Counted from the stretch's first letter, positions 9,043-23,721 are shown. The stretch: DNA of 64,000 nucleotides from Nemertoderma westbladi (GCA_032718475.1 JAUCBJ010005361.1:19287-83286); one strand, 5' to 3'. The notes: generated by a model from the sequence alone, not told the origin. Numbers and translations: made by a program.

Positions 9043-10882
9043 CCTTCCTACGTCTCCTAAAAGAATTCAGGTGAGAAAGCCCGAGGAAAGAACAAGTGTG
9101 CACCACATAGCACAGGTTAAAGTAAGTAACATCAAGCCGAAATGTGTGCTGTGCGACGGGCCCCACCGTTTAAATGCGTGTGATAAATTCCTGAGGAAAT
9201 CACTAAAGGATAGACGTGAAGTCATGTGGGATAAGCGGTTGTGTTATAATTGCCTCAGACGAGGACACCAACGGCGAACCTGTTACTCCGACGCAAGGTG
9301 TGCAAAGTGCGGCGCAAAACATCATATCTTGTTGCACACGGAATTCGAACGAAACAGCCCGAGTCAGGTAAGTGAGTCCGAACTACATGTCCAATTCAGT
9401 GATGTGAACGACACTGATCAATCTGAGATGGAAGGATTCTATACGGACGAGTTCTCCGACGAAAACGAATCCTGTTACTTAATAAACACCACCGCAGTGT
9501 ATCGAGCACTCATGTATGAGAAAGACACAGACAGCGACCTCACCCTAACTACTTCAGATCAACAACCATCTTGGAAAGCGCCAACTTCCAATATAGGAAT
9601 CCGAGAATTTCCTGTAGTCCAGTTACGGGTCCACGGACCTCAGAAGAGCTATATAGTGAACGCCCTCCTGGACTCCGGTAGCACAGGAACATTCATCGAT
9701 AAAGAACTAGCCGAAGTCATCTTTGGTGGACAACCCAAGTTCCGAACCAAGCTAAACATGTCAGGGATCATGCAGGTTTGGAATTCTACTGTAGCTGCCG
9801 ACTATTATATAGGTGAGTTGTCCACTCCACAGGATAAACTAGGAGAATACAGTATAAGGTCAGTAAAAATGGTGGCAATAAAGAACTTCGCTACCACCCA
9901 AGTGGAACCTTATAATTGGGACGAAGATGATCATGCCCAACAACTTAACATCCCTAGATTCGACACCGATTATCCTGGAGTACAAATATTAATCGGTCAA
10001 AACGCGCATGAGGCGCTGGAGACATTAGAGAAACGACCTACTCAACCGCAACCACTTCAGACCTATGCGGTAAGAACTAGAGTAGGTTGGTACCTTACTG
10101 GACCTTCCCGTAGAACGCTCAGAGAAAGACTGCTTCAAGATCGCGTCTGCCAGGTGAGTGAATGGGAAGATGATACTAGTGAGGGAGACGACCCAACTGA
10201 GGGAACACCATACTCCTCAGATAATGACGATATTAGCTCCAATGTAGATCAATGGAGATATTGCCCCAAGAAGTTTAATCCAACTGACATCGCTTCCAGA
10301 GGAGCAACTCCTCAAGAACTGACAGATACTACAGACCGGTTAGGTGAACCCGACTTCCTGAGTAAGGAGGATGAATGGCCTCCCCATCTTACTCCGACTG
10401 CGATTAGACCAGCCAAGGGAGCGGAGAAAGTTAAACCTAAAACCCGGACGGGTGGAGCGGAGTTATTTGAACCCGGGATAGATCTGTCGGTATTACATAT
10501 TGCCAGGGACGACGCCGTGGATCTGGACCTCCCCACCGCGAGTGGATCCTTCATGAAGATCAGAGAGAGCGATTGGAGCTCTGGAACATCAGACGTCTCG
10601 CAGGGACTCTCACCTCTCCTGCAGGGAGCGACGGACCACTATAGCTCCTGGAATCGGCTTTGTAAGGCCGTCGTGCACTTAGAGCGATGTTTCTATCGTC
10701 ACTATTCCAGGACGAAGAGGAAACCTGGAATTGTATTCGGGATGCAGCGACTCAATCGCCCAGCTGGTCGTTTGTGTTTACCGGAAGGGAATGGAGGACT
10801 CTCCGGAAACTGTGGAAGGCAAGATTCTCTTCCCACGACCACCTCCCTAATCCTTCAAACATCTAGGGACTCCATAACGTAA
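9043..10882 (+). CDS. 3' part of the outer BEL/Pao ORF: Zn knuckles, aspartic protease, RNase H C-terminal remnant; RT and integrase absent
   Basis: CVLCDGPHRLNAC, CYNCLRRGHQRRTC and CAKCGAKHH (BEL triple knuckle). LLDSGST protease motif and AVRTRVGWYLTGP. Then only WRYCPKKFNPTDIASRG and YSSWNRL; no YxDD or DDE motifs. Confidence 0.88.
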
Positions 10883-10900
10883 CAACATATGGAGTGGGTG

Positions 10901-11309
10901 TGTGACTCTATTATTTTATATTATTTTATTATTTTTATATTTCTGTATGTATTACTATGTAATTTTATTATAATCGTTTTCTTTAATTTTATTCAGTAGA
11001 ATGTTATTTTAGCGATTATTTAGTAGATTAGTGCAATATATATTCGCGTTTATTACTTAATTACGTATATATTATATTTAATGCGACGGCAAGAAATAAT
11101 TCTTTTTCTCTTTCCTTACTGTCCGTATCATATTATAAATACGTGACTACAGTAAGATGAAATGTCCGTACTTATTAAAAGTACAATAAAGCCACTACTA
11201 TATTTAAGTATTATTGGTAGGCAGAGTATTAGGAATGCAAAGTTCAGATCCTCGTGTCTCGGCTAAACCAAGCTCTGGGTAGACCTTGGAAACGACTTGC
11301 CTCTTCACA
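10901..11309 (+). mobile_element. Probable 3' LTR of the outer BEL/Pao element
   Basis: Purine-rich GGAGTGGGTG (10891-10900) just after the ORF stop, then TGTGA...TCACA termini and an internal AATAAA (~11185). The partner LTR is outside the window. Confidence 0.55.
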
Positions 11310-11431
11310 CTGACATTGCTTCGTGCGATATTGCTCTCATACCGTATATTAAATAATACATATAGTAGCGTGATGTCCCTTTAACAGTAGCGTATAACGC
11401 AAAATAAATCTGTTAAACCCTTTGACCATCT

Positions 11432-11715
11432 GTAATTCTAGTCGATTAAGATATCGCGGCACCCACCGATATACTGGAAAGACAAATTCTAGAATCAGTG
11501 GTTAACGTCCCCAGACAAGTTCTGGAATAAATCGGTGCCCATCTCAAATATTAATTATTTAATATTTGCAAATCTAATAAGTCAAAATCTGTAAAATTCA
11601 GATCCTTCAACAATTCTAGTCAATTAAGATATCGTAGCATTTACCGATATTCTTAAAAGGACAATTTTCATAGAATTAAGGATCTTGTGTCCCCAGACAT
11701 GTTCTAGAATCAAAA
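11432..11715. repeat. Imperfect ~180-bp tandem duplication
   Basis: AATTCTAGTC(G/A)ATTAAGATATCG...ACCGATAT...GTCCCCAGACA.GTTCT occurs at ~11434 and ~11612. Confidence 0.65.
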
Positions 11716-13950
11716 TATGTCAATTTAATTATCAAATAATAAAATTTCAGGGAATAAATTTAAATTCATGCCTTTTAATGAATTTAATAAATTGCCATTT
11801 TTACGCAATTTATAGCATTCCCAAAATTCCATTAATTAATAGATCAAGGGAGCGGAGATTTATCTTATTATTCGTATGAGTGTGCGAAAGTCTCCCAAAC
11901 ATAGTCAATAGCCGATAAAATTCATAAAGTCATATATAAAACAGGACATTGACCATTAAAGAATTACTATTAAATAACATCCCAGATCTGTATGCATTGG
12001 AATTACCCTAATTCTACCGCTAGCTTTACATAATGTCACCATAGCAACAACCACGCTAGAATTAGAATTGAGTTAAGAGAACAATAGAAAGCTTGTCCCA
12101 TTGAATAGCATAGGGAATAAATAGTGCACTGATAGTATCCAAGGATACATAATAATACAGTGACATTCTGGAAGGCATTGACTAACGGACAAGTGACTCG
12201 AGTGTGTGTAATTTGTGACAAGTTGTGTGTGTGGTATTTGTGAGTTTATAGGCGAATGTTACTACTAAGGTGTGTTTACAGTAGCGAGTCGCAATTGTGA
12301 AAGTAACCCTAACTCTCCAGTAAGAACCTGAGGTGTATCTAAGCCTTTGGGACGGACAGTCGAGTGACTTGTGCCGGTTGTCGTTGTCGTTGTGCAGCTA
12401 CGTCGTTGGCGAAAGTACAGCGGCGACGACACATCGGCGCTGAGGATCTCGTACTGTCCGGGGGTTGATTGGGGTAGGCAGCGACGCCCGCTCGCCTAAA
12501 TATAAACTCATTATAATATGGATAAACTCATATATAGCAGATATGACGGAGTTGATAGAAGATGGTCTTAGTATCGGGGAGCGATATACTCTACTTTTAC
12601 AAGCGTTTGTTGATAGCTTAATACGCGGCGACGTTAGTCCAACTGCTGCGGAGGACGATGGTCGTTATATCGAACCGCCAATGTCCCAAGAGCAGCTCGC
12701 GCGAGTTGGACTATAGAAAATTTGCTGCTCGATATACGCAGCGTAATGGTACGTATATGGTCTTCTTAACTACAGGTCATCCTATCGATTTACATAATAC
12801 GGACTATGTCGACTATATATCCTGCCCAGCGGAGTCGGAACCATAAACTGAAATTCGAATGCGAAAATTCTATTCGAAATCTACTCGAAAGAAAAGACAC
12901 TAAAGAAACAAATAAACGCGGTAACTCCAACGTATATTTGGAAATCTTGATAGAAGCATTGTAACAACAAATAAATATCACCCGCGTTTCCCCTACCAGA
13001 CGTGCGTCTTTGGTATTATTATGATAAATGCCCTAGACCCAACTAATAAACGGAAAGACATAAACATCCACGGAAACGTTGTTTTAAACACAGTTGTGCT
13101 CGTTATATTTACTGGAGTTTCGAGAGAAACTTGTTTGACGTATCACCTATGCTCACTCGGCTCGAACGATCCTGGAGTAAACCTACGATCAGAGTCCCGG
13201 AATACTCGGTCAAACCTCCTCATTCCTTAGTTGGACCTCAGACCTGCGATCCTGGTGGTGTCGCGGATCCTCGCGGACTGTATTCACTGTTCAAAGATCT
13301 AGTGCTACCCTAACAATTAATCGGTAACACTCCGACAGTGATTTCTAGCTAGCCGCCCATCTTACCTAGCCGGATTGTGACGCGGACACCTAATATCACT
13401 ATCCAACCGTATGGTCGTTCCCGTTTAACGCGATACAACCCTTCATCAAGGTGAAGGAGAGCGTTGTACGAAACGAGTTAAACGCTATTCTATAAAGATC
13501 AAAAAGGAAACCTGCGTTTGTTCAGATAAACGTAAGTTATAACAGTAAGTCCAATCGATAAACGAATTGGCCTTATCTCAGTTCGATTGGGAAATCTCGA
13601 ATCTCTAAGAAGATATCAAGCTTAGAAAACCCTATTCTCTGCGAGAGTTTTGGATGAACGTATCCAGCTACGAGCGGAGGAAAATCAGCTCGAGGAGAAG
13701 CATATCGAAACGGCGGATACCCCGACCATAATCCTACACCTTCTGATGCAATCATATTGCACCCTTCACCCAGGATTTATAGCCCTCCTAGTAAAGTGGC
13801 TCGACCCAAAGAGAAAAGGACTCTTGCTAGCCTCAAAAACTGCGTAAACGCCGTCTGCGTAAGAAAGACTAACTGTTTAGAGTATCTTTATATTTTAGAA
13901 ACTGTGATTTGTTATATTTTATAGACTTAAATCCCATTTTCTGGGAGCGG

Positions 13951-14409
13951 TGTAAAAGCTTTTGCGTAATTAGCCGGTTATTATCCCCGTAAAGTACTCT
14001 GTGGTTGGTTTACCAGGCATAAAAAGGCCGTGTCCTTGCTGTACTGGTGTTTTGGAGGACATAAAAGCCATTTCTTCTGTATTTGTACTTTAGAGGACAT
14101 AATCTGCAATTTCGTGACGTAAAAGCTCGATACTCTTGAAAACAGTGTCGCTACCATGACGACGGCTAACGGCTGATATTGCCACGTTGCCCCATAGCCC
14201 TGCTTTCTGTATCTGCCAATAGGATTTGAGTTGGTTTTGATTTTGACCTATCACAGATCTACTGAACTGAATTTCCTATCTGTATGCTCATTCTCTGTGG
14301 TGGGTGAGATCTTTGTAGAATAAGGGTAGCTGGTATTCTTATAGTTATTCTTATCAGTTTTTAGTGTTGTTGGTGATTCTAAGCCAGGAAGAACGGCTTT
14401 AGCCCTACA
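13951..14409 (+). mobile_element. Possible LTR of a third, older LTR element
   Basis: GGGAGCGG tract followed by TGTA...TACA termini. No partner copy in the window. Confidence 0.35.
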
Positions 14410-15179
14410 CTAGTAGGCTTAATTATAAGGACATATATCCGTTATCTGCATTTATCACAACATAACATACCATACCTAATCAAACAACCTGTGCATACTT
14501 TATATTGTTATACTGCTATTTACTGTCAGTTCTTCATAATATGGTTGATGAATTATTATATTTGGAATAACGATAAATAACCCCGAAACCCAATATTCTT
14601 GATATACCGAAGGTAAGAGAGAAGGGTTACATATAACAATTGTGACTTATGTTAAAGTGGTTTGAAGTGAATCTAATGTTATTTGATAGACCCTACATGA
14701 TTCGGTCCGTGTTCCTTTTATATGTGACTAAAATCAGTGAAGATCGGCAGATTAGTGTGCAGTATTGTGCAGCATTGTGTATGAGTGAGACTGATAACGA
14801 AGCATTTCCTAAAGAATGCGCCATATATGTGAATTGTAACTAAGCCATATCGTTGTGAGTAGTTTAAGTCATAACTCTGTTTATATAGATAGAGCGCCAC
14901 GTCCTAAAGGAACTGTTAATATTCCCCGAAGGTGAATAATATTGTCAGAGATTATATAATACTGTCAGTCGAATAATACATTAGGCTTACATAGCAATAC
15001 GATTAAGCTGTCGAAATCAATCTCCCGGGTATATCCAACGGGTGAATGATCGCGCACAGATTGGTTTCAACTAGTGTAGTGAATCAAATACTTGTTAGAG
15101 GCTAAAGCGATTTATTATCTAGAAGACATCCTAATTTGGCGGGTTAAACTGCCAAAGGTCTGAAAGCGCGAACAATAGG

Positions 15180-15552
15180 CTTTCCAGGATTTGGAAATCA
15201 CAGAGAATTAATCGGAAACTTAAGGTCCGATTATTTAGAGCAGCAGTAGTTCCAGTACTCCTCTATAGGAGTCTATGCTGGGCTAAAACTGCTGAGGACA
15301 CCAAATCTCTGGATGGCACACATTCACAAGAATGCTACGCCGGGTTCATTGTGTCAATGTACAATGCACACATCTCCAACCAGACACTATATAACATTGG
15401 AGGTGTCTCATTGGTTCCCCCAAGCTTGACACTAGAACAAAGTCGCCTCCACTTTGCAGGACATTGCTTTCGCCGTGAGGTCCAGCCAGGCGACAAGCCG
15501 GCACAGCATACTTAAAAATGCAGCTGCAATGCAGCATGCCGATCCTAGTTGT
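15180..15552 (+). mobile_element. 5'-truncated, internally deleted RTE LINE 3' fragment (same family as 41723-44830)
   Basis: Near-identical to 44300-44825, ending ATGCAGCATGCCGATCCTAG. Confidence 0.88.
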
Positions 15553-16394
15553 AACCTGAACCATATCTTTAATAACGTTATTGATGAGAATTATCGTTAT
15601 TAATGAGAAATCCTGATTGAAATGGCCTTGAGATGGAAAGTCCCCCACACACCACCATCCGCTCCCCCAACCCCCTTAACCCCACCATATACACTATATA
15701 TCCACCATCCTCCAAGTTTACGACTACTTTGACTCACATCTGAAATGAATGGAAAACATTAAACAAATAAAAATGCAAAAATTTTGTACGCTTCGATCAT
15801 CTTTCGATTCATACAATACAATTTGAAAATTCCACAAAAATATTATATCAGTAATATATGTTCACCATCTAAATTTGGGGGGGGGGGGGGGGGGGTGTTA
15901 ATCATACAATATGTCTATTATGAATTTATCAATTAAAACATGCCATAATATGTCAGCAAACTGATTGAATAATACCTTCGTTTTACCTATTTGTTGCTTT
16001 TCATTTGTGTTTTTGTTTAATGGAATGCAGCAATAAACATATCAAACATGTCATAATTTTTGCTTTAAATGACTTTAAATGACTTTTACTTAATGGCTTT
16101 ATATGTATATTTTTGCATCGAACTACTGCAACTATAGTTTTCAAAGCAATAAATAATCATGTGGCATTTTTATTATTAATCTAATGCATTAATCATGACA
16201 TGTTTTATTGGAGTGCTGGATTTATGTTAATTAATTGACAGCAATTGACTGTTGATTCTCCATTGCAAATATTATTAAAATCACTTCCTTTCTAATATTA
16301 TTCTTCCATATTATAGGGATTCTATTTTTTAATGTATATTTTATTCAAGCTTACCATTCGATTTGACCCGCATAGGGCATATATAGGAAGAGTC

Positions 16395-16722
<328 letters not shown>

Positions 16723-17479
16723 ACACACCCATGCCCCCTCGCACACACGCAGCTGGAGATCTGCCACCTCATCACGGTCGACGATACCAACTAAATTTTC
16801 TCGCTCGATGCCATTCTCAAGAGCTCGCTGGGAATGAAACTCAACGTCGGCGTCGCCAAGTCCCATGTTTCTGTAGTATCACACCTCGGCAGCAAGGTAA
16901 CCAAAACTCACAGGTGCTCCTGGTGGGGATTCCAAGATGGGTACGACATGGCACGACGAGAAATTCGGTAGACCCAAAGGGGTGGGTAACAGTAAGAGTA
17001 ACAGCTGTAACTCATAAGCTTTGTTGACATCAGTCCTTCTCCAATGCAATGCCATTTATTTGCCATCCTGTTTGGCAACATGGCCCCCATACCATTGGCC
17101 CTTCATTCGCTATCTGCGGACCCTCTATGAGGACCTCTTCCCCTCTCTCTACACACATTCAACCCATCCATAACCAATGTGGTCAGTGGTCTGGTCTAGT
17201 CTATACTAAACTTTGTACTTTTTTAATTTAATTTTTTTTATTTAAATTTTACTGTGTTTATTATGATCGATATATTTGTATGTATACATCATGTAAAAAC
17301 AGTAACTGTATGTGTAAAAATAAGGGTAATTTGTATTGTGTAAGTGTAGAAATAATTATTCAAGGTTTTGCAAAATAAACATACTTATTGTTTGTTTAAA
17401 AGTTACAATCATTCTGATACAATATTCTGTATATATTATCCCATTATAATATAAGGTTATTTATATTTTTATTTATACT

Positions 17480-17572
17480 TGAGAGAAACGAAATTGCAAC
17501 AACTATGGAGAATCTTGAAGCCTCGAAGGATCTCATTTTCACTGTCCGAGCTCGCTCGACCTAGTAGTAGTA
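17480..17572 (+). mobile_element. Short 3' end of the second RTE family
   Basis: Matches 46930-47025 (ACTGTCCGAG.TCGCTCGACC then (TAG)n). Confidence 0.8.
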
Positions 17573-17908
17573 TTACTACTTTTATTATGTGTTGAGCCCG
17601 ATTTAAAATAATGCATTAGTTAAGAGAACATCAGAAATTTTTTATTGGTCCTACTCAATGCCTATGGATTTGGTAATTGGTTATAATAAACAATACTCAT
17701 TAACAGGGAATTACTATTGGGACCGCAATCTGTAATGAGGATTAATGAATTGGGAAGTGTGAAAGATCAATATCATTGACGTCACTTCGCAAACGTTCGA
17801 CAATTACCCACCCATTCTGTCATGCCACCCAGAGTTGTTGTGGCATTAAACTGTCACCACACCCACTCAATAATTGTGGTCTTACCCACCACTTAGGAAT
17901 TTTGGGTA

Positions 17909-18233
17909 GGCTGGGCTGGGCTGGGCTGGGCTGGGCTGGGCTGGGCTGGGCTGGGCTGGGCTGGGCTGGGCTGGGCTGGGCTGGGCTGGGCTGGGCTGGG
18001 CTGGGCTGGGCTGGGCTGGGCTGGGCTGGGCTGGGCTGGGCTGGGCTGGGCTGGGCTGGGCTGGGCTGGGCTGGGCTGGGCTGGGCTGGGCTGGGCTGGG
18101 CTGGGCTGGGCTGGGCTGGGCTGGGCTGGGCTGGGCTGGGCTGGGCTGGGCTGGGCTGGGCTGGGCTGGGCTGGGCTGGGCTGGGCTGGGCTGGGCTGGG
18201 CTGGGCTGGGCTGGGCTGGGCTGGGCAGGGCTG
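17909..18233. repeat. (GGGCT)n microsatellite
   Basis: About 65 near-perfect pentamer units. Confidence 0.98.
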
Positions 18234-20843
18234 TCAGGACAAACCTATAAGTGGCATTGTTGTAGAATTTAGTACGGAACTTAAAGGTGGAATTACACAG
18301 ATTGAAAGCAAACTAGAAGAAAAAAAATTGAAATAATTTGCGAAAAAATTATCAATTTATATAGTTTGATAGATGTAGTTTCCACAATATAGTGGAAACC
18401 ACACCTCAAAACAGCACTTTCTCACAATTTGAAGTTTTTATATATTTTCATCGTTAAAATATAAAAAAATGTAAAAGAAATTATATTGTGTAAGCAAGAA
18501 TAAAATTAATTATTATGGTTGAAATATACAGTATAGCTAGACTAAAATTATAACGCAACCGTTTTCGCATTGTTATATCCAGACATGAAAAATATCGCGA
18601 ATAAAAATTGAGAAATATCTATAACATATCGATATTTCGATATGTTAAAAACATCAAGTAAAAATATCAAGAGTTAAAATATCAAGAGTAAAAAAATATA
18701 ATGAATAAAATTAGCCAGAATTTTTAAAATGAAACACCTAGCTTCCAAGAATACACTTGGCTAGTACCATAGAAACTAAAATAAACACTGATGAAATTTC
18801 CACAACATTTTATATGTATTCCATCAGATTGCGAATCCCAAAAAAACGGTGGAACTCCAAAATAGAGATGGTACAATTTATATTTCATGCAAGGGAATTT
18901 TCATAAAATGTCTCATAATAGTGCCAAAAGTAGGTTTATAAAATGTTGCTACATATAAAATAGTCTCCGATATTTTTAAAAAGTTCAGATTATATAACAC
19001 AATAACCACTGTGGGTGGGGGACTGGGATGGATGGATGTTGACCCCTGGCTGGGTTTAACAGGGTTAACCGATAACTCAAAAACTAATAGATTCTAGCAC
19101 CATCATTTGCGATGTCGCCAAAACGCAGTAAGTGATTGTCCCCAGAAACAGAACCACTTAACCTACCGGCAAGGTCAACCTGTAATTCTCCGCCCACTAA
19201 ATCATCATTATCCTTGAACATAATATTATCATACGTTACATACAGTATAACGTGGAGCTTTTTATGAATATGTAATAAAGGTTAATGATGACAATTACTT
19301 ACATTATCATTAATCATTCATTTCGCACTCTATACCGTGGACGGATGGTCAACCCTATCTGACTGTTAGGTACATTATTTTTGGCTTTCGATAAGGTTAC
19401 TGACTTACTGTTACACTTGGAAATAATTTACTTTGGTCGTTTCTCCGTATTTGTGATCGACGATTATGATCTGTTAAATAGGAATTGTTGGCTCCGTATC
19501 AGTTCACCTAGGTGATATGTGCTATCAATTAAGTGATTAATCATATCAATCACGCCATCCTACAAGCTGCGTTGTGCAGAATATAGAGATGACTAATAAA
19601 TAGGACTGTAATGTCGACAATTTACACGCATAATTTTACAATGAACAATATGTTTTATTAAAGGAAGGAATGTGTTGTATGTAGAACCTGTTCAGTGTTC
19701 ATACCATATGAAGTATTGACAAGAAAGCTGCGAGTGCATCCTGACATGTCAGGTGGAAATGTAACCTAAAAAAAATAGATACAATTTATGTACAGAGATA
19801 GGTTATCTGTCACTTATTATCTGTCACTTATGTTCCGCTATCTCTATTCACTAACACTTTCTTCAAGAACCGGAGAATCCGTCGTCCCAGGAATTTAACA
19901 GGGGGTCGGTTTTACTTCATCTGGAGCAATAGAATGAGAGTTTCAAATATTAAACCGGCTTGGAGAGAACTCTTTTAGTTTTCAAGTTTTCACTCTCTGT
20001 TGGCCGGCGTGTCCGTCAAGTTTGAGTGAGTGTCATTTGAGACAAACAGACAGACAAACAGAGACATATTCAATACTAGATTCACTGATATATGGAATTA
20101 AACCACGGACCTCGAAAACCGCTGTCCTAAATTTGGTTCGAATCTACTAAATTTTAAGATATTAAATAAATGGTCCCCAGAATTGAGGCTGTATCAGGTG
20201 ACCCACGTTCGAACAGCTTCCTCCGACAAAGATTGGGGCTCCTAGTCCAGATCGGCAACAGCGCCAGCATCTCCACCTCCTGTGAGCTCTCCTGCCAAAG
20301 CCAAACTATTATAGGAATTGACTGAGTGTCCTGTCCACGATCGCTTGTCCCTTTTTAAATTTTTTTATATAAACTTTTTATATAACTAACTGATTTTATT
20401 CAAAAATTGAAACATTACTCAACGCCGTTAGTATTAACAGCAAGTTGTTATTTAACACTTTACAACTTTAGAGGACATTACAGCATTGTATTGGCCTGTA
20501 CATTTAGTATTGTATTTGGTGTTATCCGTTAAGTAATGTCCCCTTAGTGGACATTACTTAACGCCGTCATTGGTTACCACGTAAACAATAGGTGGAAATT
20601 TGCCTGACAGCCAGATAGGGCTACTGCATTACCTACCGGTAGGCGGGGTATAGCTATTATTTACCAGTTCTACCTACTTATTTATAACATAATTTATCTC
20701 AATTTTACATTTATTTATACAGCAACTAATATAATTTGTGCAGTTTCTATCACTTATAATATATATATACAGTGCAGTTTCTATCACTTATAATATATAT
20801 ATACAATCATTTCGTAATGTTAAAATTTTGGAATAAAACTACA

Positions 20844-20980
20844 TACATACTTGTTGCAAAGTACTTTACAGTGTTCTGATCCTCGTGGCTTTATTTTCAC
20901 TCACTCACTAACGTTCGTTCGTGTAACAAAGCCACTCGTATCATCACACTGTCAAGTGCTACTTTACACACAAGTATGTA
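20844..20980. mobile_element. Small palindromic MITE-like element
   Basis: TACATACTTGT...ACAAGTATGTA outer arms with nested ACAGTGT/ACACTGT and GTGGCTTT/AAAGCCAC arms. Confidence 0.6.
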
Positions 20981-22124
20981 AATAGTTATTAATTCATATA
21001 TTTTATTAGTTTCTATTTCTATGTCTATTGCTTCATGTTGTCTTTGCATTGTTAATATTGAACACCATGTCAAATAATATTACTTTAGATATATAATAAG
21101 GAATGACGAAAATTAATAGCAGAACATTTGAGTTTTGTCACTTCAACTTTAGATACATAATTTTATTTCATTTTATTTGTATTTTATTTTAATTTATTTA
21201 AGTTTATAACTTAAATGTACAATAAAAGGAATTGTTTAAAGATGAACATACTTAAAAGTGCACTGACTAATTAAAAAAATGAAACAAAGCAATCTAGAAA
21301 CTATAATGGGCTGAATATGGGGGTCAAGGTCATTCTCCTGTTCAGTTACTTAAGTTAGTATTAATCATTTAGATGTTGATAATTTGCTTGTATCCATGCA
21401 CAATTGCACAAGCAATTATATCATAAACATTATACTATAATTTACAAATTGGAGTAAATTATAGTGTTCTTTGCAAACCATGCACGTTGCGACAGCCAAA
21501 TATATGAATGTAATAAGCAGATAATAGACAATGAGTTAGTGTGTTTAAAATGACCTTTTTCTTAGTGACCAACAAATATAATTTAATATGAATAACCGAG
21601 TATATTTCGGACAACAGCTCTTTACCAACATCTTACATCTCATCTTACAGAGAATAAGCAGATAAGCTTAAAGATAATTCTAACCTTGCATGACAACACC
21701 CCAGGTCAACTCCTAAATTGGTACATTAAATATAATTTTGATAAGATACCAATTAGCTTGGAAATATAGTTGGTTCCTTCCACCTTACAAAATTTGTAAT
21801 TGGGATAAAGAAATTCCCATCAGAATTACCAATTAAGAAATGTCTGTTGTGACTATTGAAATTCGACAAAGTATGATGAGTAGATAAGAAGATAGACAAG
21901 TTAAATATAATATGCTGAACCGTAGGAAAAAATATTGTTCAGATAGAAATCATCCGCCCACTGGAGTTTTCACGAACCCTTTAGTACAATGTTTGTCAAT
22001 GTATGGAGGTGCCAATATGTCCACCTTCCTGCCAAACTTACAAGAGTGTTTCTTGTTGAAACTTTCTATTCACCTCTGTTGCTGCGCCTGTATTCCAATA
22101 CCTTCTACTTAGCACTGGTATCGG

Positions 22125-23244
22125 TTACTGACATTTCATTAATCGTTTTATTGGTAGAATCAAAATTTTTACAACGGCCTTTTTCCAACTGCCAATGAAT
22201 AATACCATCAAATAAAAGTTTAGGGCGAATACAATGGACAATATGTCACTAAATATTAGGTAAATGTGCAGGACCTTTAGCCACCAGTAATAATTAACTA
22301 CGTCTTCCAGGACAGCTTCATCCTTATCTTCACTCTTCTTTGCAGCAACATCAAACCCAACAGTATGAATTATAAAATATATATCCAATATTAGCAACTT
22401 TAAGGCAGTCATTGATGTAATTGTCACCATCATATAAACAAGACTCTGATCTTTCTTCATTCTTTCTATAATTGTTATGTGCGTTTGTGCAAATTTCTTC
22501 ACTTTAATAACGACAGCAGAACTAAATATTATAATAAGTGAAAGGTGAATGAACTGTTTGATGGGTATATAATAGTTCGTAATGATTTCCTGCACACTGG
22601 CTCCATCTTCTTCTTTGGCTATCCATGTACTAGAAGCAGCATCAAAAGTGAAATTCTGCGTGTTGTAATAGCCAATAATGATAATTGCTTCGAATCCGAG
22701 CAAACATAGTGCTGATATAAAAATTAATTTGTACTGGTGGCGACTGATGGATTTATACTTGATTGGTAGGTAAACGGTGCCCATGCGATCTAGCGCCACC
22801 AGGATTGAAGTCCAGCAGCCGAGGTCTTGGGCAATCCTGGCGAAGGCGCCACTATAAGCGTGAAGGAAAGCGTGGAACCAAGTAGGGCAATTATCCAAAA
22901 CAAATTTGATGGTGTTATTTACACAAATATAATCGTAATTTCCGCCAATCCTCATTAATTCAGCAATCAATATGAAACTCTCCATAACTCCATCCATGCA
23001 TAAAAGTTTGTAGAACAACGCTTTGAATTGTTTGTTCTTGGCGACAATGATGAAGGTGAGAATATAACCAATGATACCTAGGACTGATGTAGGTGATTGT
23101 GTAAGGTAAAATTATAACAGAGAAAATCAATGTACGTAATTCTCGAAATTTATTAGCATTTTCATAAATTCCTTCCAACAACCTGTCATCGATATTTGTG
23201 TAGCCATATTTTGCAGAACTGAAATTCAATGTACTATCTCCCAT
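22125..23244 (-). pseudogene. Frameshifted copy of a single-exon 7TM rhodopsin-like receptor
   Basis: Paralog of 40256-41374. Span is 1120 nt versus 1119; an extra G at ~23086 (GGACTGATGT vs GGACTATGT) splits it into ORFs 22960-23265 and 22125-23018. Confidence 0.85.
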
Positions 23245-23388
23245 GATAATATGGTTTGTCTTCAATGTGTTTTAAATTATTTCCTTTACTTTATATTTTT
23301 TTAACTTAAAACATATTAAATTACAAATCACTCAAATAAACAGTAAAAATATTCAACAACCTGGTAGTTCAGTAGGCTTCTCCCTCTT

Positions 23389-23721
23389 GTGACATACATC
23401 AGAAAGGTGGCGTGTGAGCCTAACATCTACTTATATAGAGTTTCCCCAGTGTACACTAGCCCACGAGAGCATACCATGTCTCAAATTATTACTGAAGTAG
23501 CAGGACGGGAGTCGGGGCACATTCCTCAGTTTAGTTGCGCTGAAGTAAACAACAACACACTTCGCAGGAGGATTCTAGAATGTATGTTAATAGTTAAAAG
23601 GAAAAATGGGATAATTAATAAACTGAGGTCATTAGTGGTATCATCCATGCTGACACCGTTTATAATAGATCCAATAGAATTGTTAGGTCAAGGTAAACAG
23701 ACGGGGGGGGGGGGGGAGTGA
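23389..23721 (+). mobile_element. Possible Penelope-like element relic (GIY-YIG C-terminal region)
   Basis: GHIPQFSCAEV...LRRRILECMLI...IINK resembles the H..F....R.ILES..I..N end of PLE endonucleases. Absent from the duplicated copy. Confidence 0.4.

Noticed and set aside
14540-14600. TGATGA...GAAAC hammerhead-like spacing
   Set aside because: Core C is missing and no convincing stems I-III.
19040-20160. piggyBac-like AGGGTTAA end and Helentron-like ACAG repeats
   Set aside because: No matching opposite end or diagnostic structure could be established.
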